A stretch of DNA of 64,000 bases, taken from the NCBI GenBank assembly GCA_038134595.1, contig JAYPVM010000001.1:4526-68525 (forward strand). The letters run 5' to 3'. Both the position numbers and the translations under genes were made by a program. The notes under the pieces are model-generated. The model was not told the DNA's origin, did not search any database, and was given only the letters and a program-made list of their open reading frames with translations. Position 1 is the stretch's first letter. Each line of letters opens with the position of its first letter. Shown piece after piece: positions 39,234 through 48,884 of this stretch. This DNA comes from Pseudomonadota bacterium (GTDB lineage Bacteria; Bdellovibrionota_C; UBA2361; OMII01).

Positions 39234-39576
39234 GTGCTCGCGAGCTATTGCTCTTGCGGCTTGCGTTTTCTTAATCTCAATTCTTATTAGTGGGTGCGGA
39301 ATGCTGCCTCGAGGACTTCTTTACACTGACATCACCGAACCGCTTTGCGTTGACGCTCGCGGAACTCCGCTTGGTCGAAGTAGTGCTGTCGGAAACTCAA
39401 AGCGCATAAAAATCCCCACCACACAGGTAGACCTCTCTGCTGAGTGGGATACGAGAGCAATCGGTGATATCGCAAAACGGCACAACCTTTCAGTGGTATA
39501 TAGTTGTGATGCCAGGCGTCGCTCGTATGTGTTCGGCATCTGGCAAAGTGATGAGGTTATCATCTACGGTGAGTAG
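39223..39576 (+). CDS. TRL-like small lipoprotein (paralog)
   Basis: Lipobox (LISGCGML) and a C-terminal ...VIIYGE. I chose the ATG 11 codons into the longer ORF as the start. Confidence 0.5.
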   Translation: MESKCSRAIALAACVFLISILISGCGMLPRGLLYTDITEPLCVDARGTPLGRSSAVGNSKRIKIPTTQVDLSAEWDTRAIGDIAKRHNLSVVYSCDARRRSYVFGIWQSDEVIIYGE

Positions 39577-39579
39577 TAA

Positions 39580-41199
39580 CTAACGCTCATCACTCCAACC
39601 GTGTAAAAGCGCATCTCGTACGTTCGATCGCCGCCACGTCGATGTGTCTAAGGGGTTGCCGGATTGATCTAATGGAACTCCCAAAAAAGTCCCGCCCGGC
39701 TCGTGCACTATCTTCAATCGCACCGCCGAGTGTGGCAAAGTGGCAACGTCCTCAACCAGCTCTTCTGATGGAGCAGAATACATCGTGGCACTTTGATGAG
39801 CCGGATCAACAAACAGAAGCGCCTCCGCTCTCTCCACCTCCTCTAATGTAAAGTGCCTCTCTACATAGCCAATATCGATACCGTTTTGTTGGAAATCTCT
39901 ATTAGCCAATATCCAAGCATGAAAAGGAATAGTAGTCGGAACACCTTCTATGGCGTACTGCTTGACTATCTGGAAGGCTTGAAACAGTGCATCTCTTCGA
40001 GTGGGAGCATGCACAATTACTTTACTGATAAGAGAATCGTAAAATGGCGGAATGGAATCCCCAACTCGGTACCCACACTCCTCCCGCATCGGTATCTTTT
40101 CAGGCCTCGACCATGCAGTAATGGTTCCAAGAGATGGGCGAAATCCTTCACGTGTGTCTTCGGCGTTTATCCGCAACTCAATAGAGTGGCCTGAAAACAC
40201 GACGTTTTCCTGCTTTATCGGAAGTGCTTCTCCCATTGCAACATGCAATTGAAGTTTCACAAGATCAACTCCAGTTATCATCTCTGTTGCAGGATGCTCG
40301 ACCTGAATTCGTGTGTTAATCTCTAAGAAAAAAAACTCCTCGCCCTGAACCAAAAATTCAGCCGTGCCCGCATTGTAATATCCAACACTCTGCGCTGCCG
40401 CGACCGCTGCCTGATGGATTTTTTCTCGAGTCTCATCGGAAAGAAATGGAGCTGGCGCTTCTTCTAATAGTTTTTGATGTCGCCTCTGACTTGAGCAGTC
40501 TCGGGTGCCAAAATGAATGACTGCTCCTTGAGTATCGCCAAAGAGCTGGACTTCTACGTGTCTCGGTCGTTCAACAAACCGCTCCAGATACACATCACTA
40601 CTACCAAAGTTCTTTTGTGCTTCATCACGAGCGAGTGGAAGCGCCGCTTCAAGCTCCTGTTTTGAGCGAACAATCCGCATGCCTCGCCCACCACCACCAG
40701 CAGCAGCTTTGACGATAACGGGAAAGCCAACCGTATCGACTGCTGTTACTAAGCCTTCATCAGAAAGCCCACCATCGGTACCGGGAGTGATAGGTACTCC
40801 TACAGCCGCCACGGTCGCCCGCGCGGTGGTCTTAACACCCAAAGCCCGGATGCTTTCCGGAGAGGGACCTACGAAGATAAGACCTGCATCAAGCACAGCT
40901 TGTGCAAAGTCGGGGTCTTCCGAGAGAAATCCGTATCCAGGATGCACTGCCGAACATCCGCGAGACACCGCTTCTTGTACTATCCTTTCGCTGTTAAGGT
41001 ACGAATCTCGGGCCGGTCCTTGGCCGACAACCACAATTTCATCCGCCTCAGTGGCTGCCCACGAATCACTATCAGCTTCCGACACCACTAAAACAGTTGT
41101 TATTTCAAGCTCTTGGCAGGCTCGAATTATCCGTCGTGCAATCTCGCCACGATTTGCAATCAATAACTTTTTAATCCTAGAATGATGTGACATAACCAA
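39580..41199 (-). CDS. Biotin carboxylase (ATP-grasp) homolog with a roughly 80-aa C-terminal extension
   Basis: N-terminus KLLIANRGEIARRIIRAC plus the ATP-grasp and biotin-carboxylase C-domain motifs. At 539 aa it is longer than the typical 450. No accB/BCCP gene is adjacent. Confidence 0.8.
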   Translation of the reverse strand: MVMSHHSRIKKLLIANRGEIARRIIRACQELEITTVLVVSEADSDSWAATEADEIVVVGQGPARDSYLNSERIVQEAVSRGCSAVHPGYGFLSEDPDFAQAVLDAGLIFVGPSPESIRALGVKTTARATVAAVGVPITPGTDGGLSDEGLVTAVDTVGFPVIVKAAAGGGGRGMRIVRSKQELEAALPLARDEAQKNFGSSDVYLERFVERPRHVEVQLFGDTQGAVIHFGTRDCSSQRRHQKLLEEAPAPFLSDETREKIHQAAVAAAQSVGYYNAGTAEFLVQGEEFFFLEINTRIQVEHPATEMITGVDLVKLQLHVAMGEALPIKQENVVFSGHSIELRINAEDTREGFRPSLGTITAWSRPEKIPMREECGYRVGDSIPPFYDSLISKVIVHAPTRRDALFQAFQIVKQYAIEGVPTTIPFHAWILANRDFQQNGIDIGYVERHFTLEEVERAEALLFVDPAHQSATMYSAPSEELVEDVATLPHSAVRLKIVHEPGGTFLGVPLDQSGNPLDTSTWRRSNVRDALLHGWSDER

Positions 41200-41238
41200 G
41201 CGTTATCCAAACATAACCGTGAAATCTAATAGGCACTT

Positions 41239-42192
41239 ATGACTAATACTACCCCAGCTACCCCCTCTCATCACAAGGTTATTATTCTTGGCTCAGGTCC
41301 TGCAGGACTAACTGCGGCTATCTATACAGCTCGAGCTAGTCTATCTCCCCTACTCCTGCACGGGCCACTAGCAGGCGGACAGCTTACTACCACAACCGAC
41401 GTTGAAAACTTTCCAGGTTTTCCAGAGGGTGTTATGGGGCCTGATCTGATGCAACAAATGGAGCAACAAGCCACTCGATTTGGCACTACTATTAAAGTAG
41501 ACACCATCGTTGAAGCCGATGTAACGGCAAAACCGATATCGCTTCGCGGTCAGTCTGGCGCTTATACGTGCGACTCTCTCATCATAGCAACGGGAGCAGC
41601 ACCTAAGTACATCGGAGCTCAAAACGAACGAGAACTCCTTGGCTACGGAGTATCAACATGTGCAACATGCGACGGAGCATTTTTTAGAGACAAGGTAATA
41701 GCTGTAGTTGGTGGCGGCGACTCTGCATGCGAAGAAGCATCCTTCCTCACGCGTTTTGCCAGCAAGCTTTACCTAATCCACAGAAGAGATGCCCTACGGG
41801 CCTCGAAAATTATGCAAGATCGTGTACTGTCGAACCCTAAAATAGAGATGATTTGGAACAAGACTGTTTCTTCTGTTGAAGGTAGCAAGCAAGATGGTGT
41901 CACCGGTCTCGTTTTGACCGACACAACCTCAGGAGAGGAATCAACACTGGCAACAGATGCTCTCTTTGTTGCGATCGGGCACACGCCAAATTCTTCGCTT
42001 TTTGAAGGACAACTCAAGATGGATGAAAATGGCTACCTCCTTCACGAACCAAACTCTGCTGCCACAACGACTCCAGGTGTGTTTGTCTGTGGCGATGTAC
42101 AAGACCACGTATTTAGACAAGCTATTACAGCGGCGGGATCGGGTTGTATGGCAGCCATAGGCGCTGAACGCTGGTTAGAGGAACAGCACTAA
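41239..42192 (+). CDS. trxB: Thioredoxin reductase
   Basis: FAD motif ILGSGPAGLTAAIY, redox-active CATCDG and NADPH motif VVGGGDSA. Confidence 0.9.
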   Translation: MTNTTPATPSHHKVIILGSGPAGLTAAIYTARASLSPLLLHGPLAGGQLTTTTDVENFPGFPEGVMGPDLMQQMEQQATRFGTTIKVDTIVEADVTAKPISLRGQSGAYTCDSLIIATGAAPKYIGAQNERELLGYGVSTCATCDGAFFRDKVIAVVGGGDSACEEASFLTRFASKLYLIHRRDALRASKIMQDRVLSNPKIEMIWNKTVSSVEGSKQDGVTGLVLTDTTSGEESTLATDALFVAIGHTPNSSLFEGQLKMDENGYLLHEPNSAATTTPGVFVCGDVQDHVFRQAITAAGSGCMAAIGAERWLEEQH

Positions 42193-42652
42193 GATAGCTA
42201 AGAGAGAACGATTCTCTATTGTTATTAATGCCATTTTCTGTCGGTCGATTACCTTCGTGTTTTTTCGTACGAAGTACTATCAATCGTCGGCTATCACAAA
42301 CGTAAAAATTAGACTCGGAATATCAAGCTTCTGTTCATTGCACCGATCCCTTTGCTTTGGAATATGTTTTCAATCAGAGGTTTGTTATGGGCATAAACGT
42401 AGAGGCAGCAACTGGTCCATCGGCAATTTCATCGCGAGCGGGGGTGCGCCCTGCAGAGATCACACCAACTAAACCGCCCTCTGCCTATCTGACAAACGAG
42501 TCAACTCTTCCGAAGGCAAAAACTGCAATCGTAAACCGAAAGCCCGATACGAGAGGTCTCGTAGACAAGATAGCTTGAAAACAAAGACTCCTAAGAGCTC
42601 TCCGCCGTTACCTCGAATTCGATACCCAGCGAATCATCATGAGCAAAAAAAG

Positions 42653-43396
42653 TCACAGCCATTGCGCCCCATAGGAAACGACATCTACTCCCTCCGAGAA
42701 ATAGCATCTCATATCGTCACGTTCAGGTCGCACATTAATTCCATCAAGCATGGAAGAGTGCGACAAATCAACTTCAGCCGAGTGCTGCACCCAGGGAGCA
42801 TGATGCACTTCCAAACGAAGAAGTCTTCCGAGATGGCGTGAATACAAACAATACCGCTCCGCTGACCAGTGCTCAAAAGACCCAGGTTGAGCATCAACGG
42901 CATTACCTATCGGTCGATAACGCGCCTCAAAACGGGCAGCTCCGAGGCACCGATTGCTCGTATATTCGAACCACTCGCCGCGTTTCTCACACGCCATAGA
43001 GGATTTGTAATACGGCAATCCGTACAGTGTCCGCGCGCCCAATACAAGAGACAGTGAGGTAGTGTCTAGACTAAAGAAAAACACTCCCGGCTTTTTTCCA
43101 TCGGTAACGTAGGTACGAACATTGAGCTCCGGAAATGAGCGAAACATAGGAATGCACGGCACGTTTTTTGGCATCATCTCAGCCATTCTAAAAGGCACTG
43201 TAGAGATCCAAGCCGACCCCTCAAACGTGTCTACCTGTAATTGCTGTGGCACTAATTTCTGCATTGCCGACACAGATATCCGTTGGTGGATAAACAAAAG
43301 ATCGAGCCACGACAACCTCCATAGCCACCGCCTATCTGGCAAGGGCCACGGTCGATGATCAATATAATCTAGAGCAGGATGGCGCAGCATATACAA
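42653..43396 (-). CDS. DUF2071 (YqjF-like) family protein
   Basis: The pattern WLDLLFIHQRIS...GSAWISTVPFRM...ELNVRTYV...GKKPGVFFFSLD matches the YqjF/DUF2071 family. Confidence 0.55.
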   Translation of the reverse strand: MYMLRHPALDYIDHRPWPLPDRRWLWRLSWLDLLFIHQRISVSAMQKLVPQQLQVDTFEGSAWISTVPFRMAEMMPKNVPCIPMFRSFPELNVRTYVTDGKKPGVFFFSLDTTSLSLVLGARTLYGLPYYKSSMACEKRGEWFEYTSNRCLGAARFEARYRPIGNAVDAQPGSFEHWSAERYCLYSRHLGRLLRLEVHHAPWVQHSAEVDLSHSSMLDGINVRPERDDMRCYFSEGVDVVSYGAQWL

Positions 43397-43492
43397 TACG
43401 TAGTAATTCTGATTGAGGAGACGATTTTAGACTAAATATACACCGACAAGCTGGTCTCAACTACTCTCCGTTTAAATCAGAGCGCTACACGT

Positions 43493-44014
43493 CTAGGAGC
43501 AGACCGCGTACGATGCTTGTAAGGTTGCAATTTTTCGTTTGAATCTTTTGCGTTGGGCTTTTTGCCTGTTTTTCAGGCTCTCCAAGCCGCGGGGAAAGGA
43601 AACCGAAAAAATAGCATCGAAAGCTTTGAGAAGCTTTTTCTTAGGCACACTCTGCACCTCGCAAGCCGACACCTCGTCGATATTGCAAGACGCATTTGAC
43701 ACATCAAGCTGTCCAAGCAAGGCTTTAATTCTACTCAGCGAGCGAGCTCCTCTTCGTAAAAATGTATCCGCAAAGTTTCTATCAGGGCGCCAAACTCCCC
43801 TATCCCGGAGCCTAACTGCTCTGTTAGAGATATTCGTAATCGTAGTTAAAGCCTGATTAAAAACATCGTCAATGGCAGATTGATCTACCGCTCCGCACTG
43901 AACCGCTTGAGCGCGCTGAACATCTTCCTGGGCATATACACAATGAGAAACTATCAACATAAGCACCATACAAAGAGTGCCCGTTATAACCCTTTTGAAT
44001 GTGACAATGTTCAT
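43493..44014 (-). CDS. Secreted hypothetical protein (173 aa)
   Basis: Signal peptide (LCMVLMLIVSHCVYA) and a basic C-terminus. Confidence 0.4.
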   Translation of the reverse strand: MNIVTFKRVITGTLCMVLMLIVSHCVYAQEDVQRAQAVQCGAVDQSAIDDVFNQALTTITNISNRAVRLRDRGVWRPDRNFADTFLRRGARSLSRIKALLGQLDVSNASCNIDEVSACEVQSVPKKKLLKAFDAIFSVSFPRGLESLKNRQKAQRKRFKRKIATLQASYAVCS

Positions 44015-44236
44015 ATGCTCGCTCCCCCTCTCTTCACCGACTCTGACGACCTTATAACGCCCCTCATATTTAGACTACCGTTTTTTTCGATTCTAACGAA
44101 ACCATCTCTATTGCCCCCCTCTCGCTTTCATGATGCCAATCAGCACTTGCGATGTCGTATCAGTCGCCACTGGAGATAATATGTTGCAAGCTGTGTGTAT
44201 GTGCGGTATCCAACTAGCAAAACTGGAATAAACACC

Positions 44237-44605
44237 ATGAAATTCTTACCGTATTTTGCCCAAATCTTCGTTGCCCTCACAGTTATCAGCGTCTGGACAA
44301 TTCGATTCAATCGGGCCACGAGATGGAGAGGTGGAAACGCCAAGAACATGTGTGAGGAGTTTTCCGTCTACGGACTCTCCGCTGGGTTACGAAAAGCCGT
44401 TTGCTGCCTAAAGCTTTCGGGGAGCCTATTACTTCTCGTCGGCCTCTGGTGCGATCAGTGTGCGTTTTGGGGTGCGGCACTACTAAGCATTCTTATGGTT
44501 AGCGCCGTAGCCATGCATGTTAAAGTCAGAGACCCAATACGCAAATCACTACCAGCTTCAGTAATTTTTATTTTATGCCTGTATCTGATATCGGTTTATC
44601 AATAA
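44237..44605 (+). CDS. DoxX-family small membrane protein
   Basis: Four TM helices with DoxX-like size and pattern. I chose the internal ATG (MKFLPYF) as the start. Confidence 0.5.
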   Translation: MKFLPYFAQIFVALTVISVWTIRFNRATRWRGGNAKNMCEEFSVYGLSAGLRKAVCCLKLSGSLLLLVGLWCDQCAFWGAALLSILMVSAVAMHVKVRDPIRKSLPASVIFILCLYLISVYQ

Positions 44606-44688
44606 GCTTGTGTGGGGCTTATCAGACTTGCATGGCGCTTTTCGGGCCGCTGATGGTCTCAATGCAAAAAACCGTCTGAAAAAAATAT

Positions 44689-45039
44689 CTATTCTTCTAA
44701 TTTTTTCCGCTGCTCATCCCCAAAACCTACAAACTGCGTATCCTCAGATATAACAAAGGGGCGTTTCACGAGCATACCTTCACCATGAAGAACTGTAATC
44801 GCATCAGCAACACTCATGTCCTTTATTTTATCTTTATATCCCCCCTCTCGATACAACTTACCCGAGGTGTTAAACAGTTTTCTTAGGTCGCCACCCATGG
44901 CTAGGTACATTTTCTTTAGCTCTGATTTAGTCGGTGCTTTTTCGGATATATCAATCGCCTGATAACTTGTCTTTTTGCTATCTAGGTACTTAAGTGCCTG
45001 CCTGCACGTACTGCATTTGGGATAAAAATAAACTTTCAT
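44689..45039 (-). CDS. ArsC/Spx-family thioredoxin-fold protein (arsenate-reductase-like / YffB-type)
   Basis: MKVYFYPKCSTCRQALKYL with CxxC-type N-terminal Cys placement, and an ArsC-family length. Confidence 0.65.
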   Translation of the reverse strand: MKVYFYPKCSTCRQALKYLDSKKTSYQAIDISEKAPTKSELKKMYLAMGGDLRKLFNTSGKLYREGGYKDKIKDMSVADAITVLHGEGMLVKRPFVISEDTQFVGFGDEQRKKLEE

Positions 45040-45202
45040 CGATTATTTTCTTTTATAAATTCTAACGCCTGGCACCATCAACTTACACCACATCGCCAGA
45101 CTGAAACAGTCCTCAGCAACAAAATAGCTCGCTAATACAATACAGAGGCCGTGCTCTCAGCTGTCGAATCTCATGAGATGCGATGCTTTATTTTCTAGTT
45201 CT

Positions 45203-45565
45203 CTAAGCAGAAACTATGTCCTGTTCGAGTGAACCAACAGCTGTCAACATCGCTTGAACATCGGCATCTTCCATTCCCGCCTCCTGCAGCGATTCTCGGA
45301 GAGCTATCGCTACGAGTGCAAAGGCCTCTTTTGAGACCTTAAGATGCGCATGAGCATCTTTTAGCGAACGGCCCTCATAAAACGTAGTAGGTGCACCCAT
45401 AGCCTCCGCGATAAAGTTAACCTGATGTTCAGTCAACTTCTGCATATCGATCCCATCAAAATACGGACGCAGTTCTGGAACGGCGAGCACCTTGCGGTAA
45501 AAAGAATTTACTATCGGAACGGTTGTTACAATCCCTCCGTACTTATCAAACAGTGATTGGTCCAT
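45203..45565 (-). CDS. Truncated hemoglobin (2/2 Hb)
   Basis: The F..YGG hallmark (FDKYGGIVTT) and the remainder fit the trHb fold at about 120 aa. Confidence 0.75.
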   Translation of the reverse strand: MDQSLFDKYGGIVTTVPIVNSFYRKVLAVPELRPYFDGIDMQKLTEHQVNFIAEAMGAPTTFYEGRSLKDAHAHLKVSKEAFALVAIALRESLQEAGMEDADVQAMLTAVGSLEQDIVSA

Positions 45566-45669
45566 TGCTTCTCCCTTTTTAAGGGCGCACTTTAAACGAT
45601 AGTACCCGATACGGCTTCCGGCTGGTGTCCACCTAATTTAGTAGTCGACGGACAGAAGAAGCGCATCGC

Positions 45670-47205
45670 TCAAGGCTTAAGAAATTGCAGCGTCTTTTTA
45701 AGACGACTATACAATACCTTTAGAAACACGAAAACACTTAGTTCATGACGACCCGAGCCGTTATTTCTTGAGATCGAGAAATCGATTTCTTCTTGTATAT
45801 CTGCACCCGCTACATTTCCTCCATTACTAAAACTATTTTCGTTGAATGCACTAAGCCTACCCTCGAACTCTTGCGTTCTTTGTGCAATCTCGGCCCGTAT
45901 ATTGAAATTAGATACCTCCTGCTTAACCTTCTCGATAGCCTCAAACAAACTCTGGGAGGCTGCTCGAACTCTCTCACAGGACAATCCACTTACATCCCTC
46001 TGATGGCGGTCGGACATCTCCCGCAATGCTTCCGCCAAGCAAATTAGGTGCTCTACCTCACTAAGTTCCTGATTATCCCGTATACCCTGGCTTCTCTCGA
46101 GATACGCAACAAGCAATCGCTCAAAGGCCTCAAGATCTGCTTCCTTGGGACATACGATCTCATCGAATTGCCAGTTACGAATCGAATGCATCGTAGTAGA
46201 CCAACTCTCAAGCTTTTCATGCACTCCCACGCTATTGTCTTCTGCCTTCACGCACGTATCGCCTATCAAGAACGTATGGAGCACGTGGCTTCCCATAGGA
46301 TTATCTCTTAGAGTAGAAAGGCCATCGGTAACTAACATCACATCAATACGGCGGGACTTAGGCCAAGTATCGAGGTCCGTAGCGGTAAACTCCAATGCCT
46401 CCTGAAGCTTCGTTGTCCCTATGTTTTCAAAGCCCATCAGCTCACGAGCTAGCGGCGCGAGCTCTTCTGCACTGTGTTTTGAACTAAGATTGCCTACCTC
46501 TGAATTAAATGGTCGAACATGCATCTCCGCGCCACGCTCCAAGGCATTGATGAGAAAAGCGAGGCCCAAGCCACGCGCCACAGCATTTCTCACATCCGGC
46601 TTGTATTCACCCTCTGGTATAGCTCCGTTCATAGATTGAGAGGTATCAAGAACTAGATACGCTCTTAATTCACTATGAGCTGTACTACCAAAATCTTCGC
46701 TGTCGCTCTGGGAGCGCTCATCTGGCAGTTCCTCAGTGCGGCTGGAACTCGGGTGAAGCATCGCGCGCTTCGATAGATTGCCATTGACTAATTGATACAA
46801 CAGAACATCATCTGGATAGCAACGCTGGTAGGGCAAAACAAATGGCAGATCGAAGACCCCTGCTCTGCCGATATCCATTCTCTCGGAAGGTGCGTTTGAC
46901 TTATGATGACTGGAGCCCTCTGGGAGTATATGAGTCACACCGGCATTATTATCATTCTGTACCACACCATCGCCTACGCCCTTTTCTTGCGTGGTCGGCA
47001 ACTTGATCTCCTCTACTACTCCCATCAACGATCGTGCTGCCAAGAAATATGCGAGTGCTTTTGGCGAAACTTCAGATAAGCTTACACCATAGCAATCCAC
47101 AAAGTCGGGCAATGGCAACCGCGCGGAACATTTTGGAAGTGCCGTATTGACCAAATCTTTTCTCTCAGCGTTATGCGAGCGCCCGGAGGGAAATTCGTAT
47201 TGCAC
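45670..47205 (-). CDS. von Willebrand factor A (vWA) domain protein, partner of the MoxR ATPase
   Basis: MIDAS motif LVLDTSQSM with downstream vWA elements (TDGLS). It starts 12 bp after the AAA+ gene stop. Confidence 0.7.
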   Translation of the reverse strand: MQYEFPSGRSHNAERKDLVNTALPKCSARLPLPDFVDCYGVSLSEVSPKALAYFLAARSLMGVVEEIKLPTTQEKGVGDGVVQNDNNAGVTHILPEGSSHHKSNAPSERMDIGRAGVFDLPFVLPYQRCYPDDVLLYQLVNGNLSKRAMLHPSSSRTEELPDERSQSDSEDFGSTAHSELRAYLVLDTSQSMNGAIPEGEYKPDVRNAVARGLGLAFLINALERGAEMHVRPFNSEVGNLSSKHSAEELAPLARELMGFENIGTTKLQEALEFTATDLDTWPKSRRIDVMLVTDGLSTLRDNPMGSHVLHTFLIGDTCVKAEDNSVGVHEKLESWSTTMHSIRNWQFDEIVCPKEADLEAFERLLVAYLERSQGIRDNQELSEVEHLICLAEALREMSDRHQRDVSGLSCERVRAASQSLFEAIEKVKQEVSNFNIRAEIAQRTQEFEGRLSAFNENSFSNGGNVAGADIQEEIDFSISRNNGSGRHELSVFVFLKVLYSRLKKTLQFLKP

Positions 47206-47217
47206 GCCGCCTCCCTC

Positions 47218-48579
47218 TTAATACTGCCCCTGAGTCACATCAGTGTCCTGCCCTTCAGCGGCCCTGCTTTGCTTTATTGCTTCTTGCACCGTAGCTCGGA
47301 GGTCGTCCCGATATCGCCTAAAATACGGTAACGATGGCTGCAATTTATCAAGAGCCGCAAGAACACCCTGATAAGAGCACTTCTGCGCGGAGGTAATCCC
47401 TAGAAACGTCAACAAATGCTGCGATAGCGTTAGTTTACAAAGCTCTTCTCCCCTCTCAATCAGTCGAGTCAGCTCTGTCAAAGATCCCAAAGTCGACACC
47501 ACGTTCGCCTCTCCGCCACTAGCGCTTCGCATAACCTCTGACCACGAACCCCTAAAAGCTTCTCTATCTGCTTCGCTCAGGTGCACAGGAACCAACAATG
47601 CAAGGCAAGAGAGATCATCTAAGGTAGCGGCTAATTGCCCCCGCAATAGTGCATGAGCTTTGATTATGCGCCCCATCTGCCGAAACGTTCTGCCGCTAAC
47701 ATCGACTGACGACTCTGATGTTCGACTGTTATACTCTGAAATAATTGCATCAAGATACATAGCAACATCATGTGAAAGATTCATTTCATCAACATGCCGA
47801 TTTATCGCTGATAATTCTGTGGTTGATATCTTTTGGGCCTCAGATATCGAAGGAACATCACAAAGAGCCTCTCGGTTCCGGAGAATAGCCTGTCTTTCGA
47901 TGGTAGAGAGATTGGGAGAAATTTCAGATTGAAATATAAACCGATCCAGGAAAGCCCCGGTTTTTTCATTCTTCCGAACATAATTACCACAGGCAATGAC
48001 TGTTCGAAGCGGTGACTGCACCATCTGATCGCCGTTCTTGTACCGTCTATCGGATAGCGTCCACAACAAACTACGGAGCAGTTCATCACGCCCATCGAAT
48101 ATCTCATCAAGAAAGGCCACCTCCGACGCGACTATGCCACTTTCAACATTTCGGCGGCCTGTTCCATCTTTAATACGGTCAAATGGAATAAACCCATATA
48201 ACTGGTCCTCTGTGGTCTCAAGCGTTATCTGGTTCTCGTAGCGTTTTACATCTGATGCAAACAAATTAAGCACTGCTCTTGCATAGTATGATTTTCCTAG
48301 TCCAGTAGGCCCCACCAGGAGGTGATGATTTCCGGTAGCTAGCGCCAACTGCGTTTGTACCATTACCTGATCATATCCCCTGACATATTTTGAAATATGC
48401 TCAAACCCTGCTTTCATTTTAGCAACAACTTGCTGAATGGAATGTGTTTCCCGCTCGCGGGAGTCTTGCAACGCGCATCTATCGATAGAGGGATGCAACG
48501 TAACATTCAAGTCAACTTGATCCGAACCAACTGGCGCACGGAGATGATAGTCCTCGTTAGGCATCTGTAATTGGGTCAT
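47218..48579 (-). CDS. MoxR-family AAA+ ATPase
   Basis: Walker A (LLVGPTGLGKS), Walker B (VAFLDEI) and sensor/arginine-finger regions. Single AAA+ module with a C-terminal helical extension. Confidence 0.75.
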   Translation of the reverse strand: MTQLQMPNEDYHLRAPVGSDQVDLNVTLHPSIDRCALQDSRERETHSIQQVVAKMKAGFEHISKYVRGYDQVMVQTQLALATGNHHLLVGPTGLGKSYYARAVLNLFASDVKRYENQITLETTEDQLYGFIPFDRIKDGTGRRNVESGIVASEVAFLDEIFDGRDELLRSLLWTLSDRRYKNGDQMVQSPLRTVIACGNYVRKNEKTGAFLDRFIFQSEISPNLSTIERQAILRNREALCDVPSISEAQKISTTELSAINRHVDEMNLSHDVAMYLDAIISEYNSRTSESSVDVSGRTFRQMGRIIKAHALLRGQLAATLDDLSCLALLVPVHLSEADREAFRGSWSEVMRSASGGEANVVSTLGSLTELTRLIERGEELCKLTLSQHLLTFLGITSAQKCSYQGVLAALDKLQPSLPYFRRYRDDLRATVQEAIKQSRAAEGQDTDVTQGQY

Positions 48580-48884
48580 GATTGATTTCTCCTTCCTGCC
48601 AATCGTCTGTATCCGAGACTATCAAATGATTCTGGACTATTAAAACCAAACAAGAATCTTGCTTTGCCACGCAAACAACAACCTCTCGATAAAGATAGAT
48701 TCGATCTCTTGAGTGCCCTAGAATTCTTACGCCCATTTCAATCGGAGCCAACCTGCAGGACAAAACAATGTCACAAACGTCAGACAAGTTGCCGCCTCCT
48801 CTGCATGGACGGTTCCACAGACACCAGACTAGAAAGTACGGGCTACTTCTTTCCATTTTAGGGCTATGGGTATACATTTCGCCC

